From: Isurus oxyrinchus
Lineage: Eukaryota
Direction of reading: 5' to 3'
Length of the DNA stretch: 64,000 nucleotides
Assembly (NCBI GenBank): GCA_026770705.1
Contig: JANJGN010000021.1
Span: 93,558,001-93,622,000 of the forward strand
Shown: positions 63,501-64,000 of the stretch, in pieces
Layout: the number at the start of each line of letters is the position of its first letter
Numbering within the stretch: the first letter of the stretch is position 1
Notes under the pieces: model-generated
What the model was told of the DNA's origin: nothing
Seen by the model: the letters and a program-made list of their open reading frames with translations, nothing else
The model's database searches: none
Made by a program: the position numbers and the translations under genes

Positions 63501-64000
63501 GCAACACACCCCCAGTGACAAAACCTACACACACCCAGTGACAAAACGAACACACCCCCAGTGACAAACCCAAACACCCCCAGTGACAAAACCCACACAT
63601 CCCCAGTGACAAATCCCACACACCCCCAGTGACAAACCCCACACAACCAGTGGCAAAACCTACACACACCCAGTGACAAAATCCACACACACCCAGTGAC
63701 AAAACCCACACACCCCCAGTGACAAATCCCACACACCCTCAGTAACAAACAGCACACTCCCCCAGTGACAAAACCCACACACCCCCAGTGACAATCCCCA
63801 CACCCCCAGTGACAAACCCCACACACACCCAGTGACAAAGTCCACACCCCCAGAGACAAATCCCACACACCCCCAGTGACAAACCCCACACACCCCCAGT
63901 GACAAGCCCCACACACACGCAGTGACAAACCCCACACAAACCCAGTGACAAACGAACACACCCAGTGACAAACCCCACGCACCCCCAGTGACAAACCCCA
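54558..64000. repeat. ~21-23-bp satellite (CCCAGTGACAAAACCCACACACC), >9.4 kb, extends beyond window
   Basis: Roughly 400 units with near-invariant CAGTGACAAA core; extreme C/A strand bias; higher-order duplications. Confidence 0.97.

Noticed and set aside
54685-63994. Long Cys/Trp/Gly/Val-rich ORFs up to 449 aa
   Set aside because: Open in all three minus frames because the satellite lacks stops; not genes.

Overview
Repeat-dense vertebrate genomic DNA, almost certainly a cartilaginous fish (shark-type CR1 LINEs, tRNA-derived SINE, Harbinger elements, shark-like MHC class I exons). No intact protein-coding gene is supported. Most of the window is nested, decayed mobile DNA: CR1 LINEs (one full-length, 45.7-49.9 kb), a second CR1/L2-group LINE family and its partner SINE, Gypsy elements (one Gmr1-like, with integrase before RT), solo LTRs, Penelope fragments with hammerhead-like motifs, a two-gene Harbinger transposon and related MITEs. 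The only clear host gene is a fragmented, divergent MHC class I pseudogene on the minus strand (alpha1, truncated alpha2, no alpha3, TM exon, probable last exon; ~29.9-45.2 kb). Tandem arrays: an 18-bp satellite in two inverted blocks, GA-rich arrays around the TM exon, and a >9.4-kb ~23-bp satellite. The most striking observation is that this satellite's unit (CCCAGTG-ACAAAACCC-ACACACC) builds, by its own periodicity, hundreds of overlapping heptamer/23-bp spacer/nonamer motifs resembling V(D)J 23-RSSs, a few with a perfect CACAGTG. All family assignments are from motif recognition by eye, no database search; boundaries of old elements are approximate.
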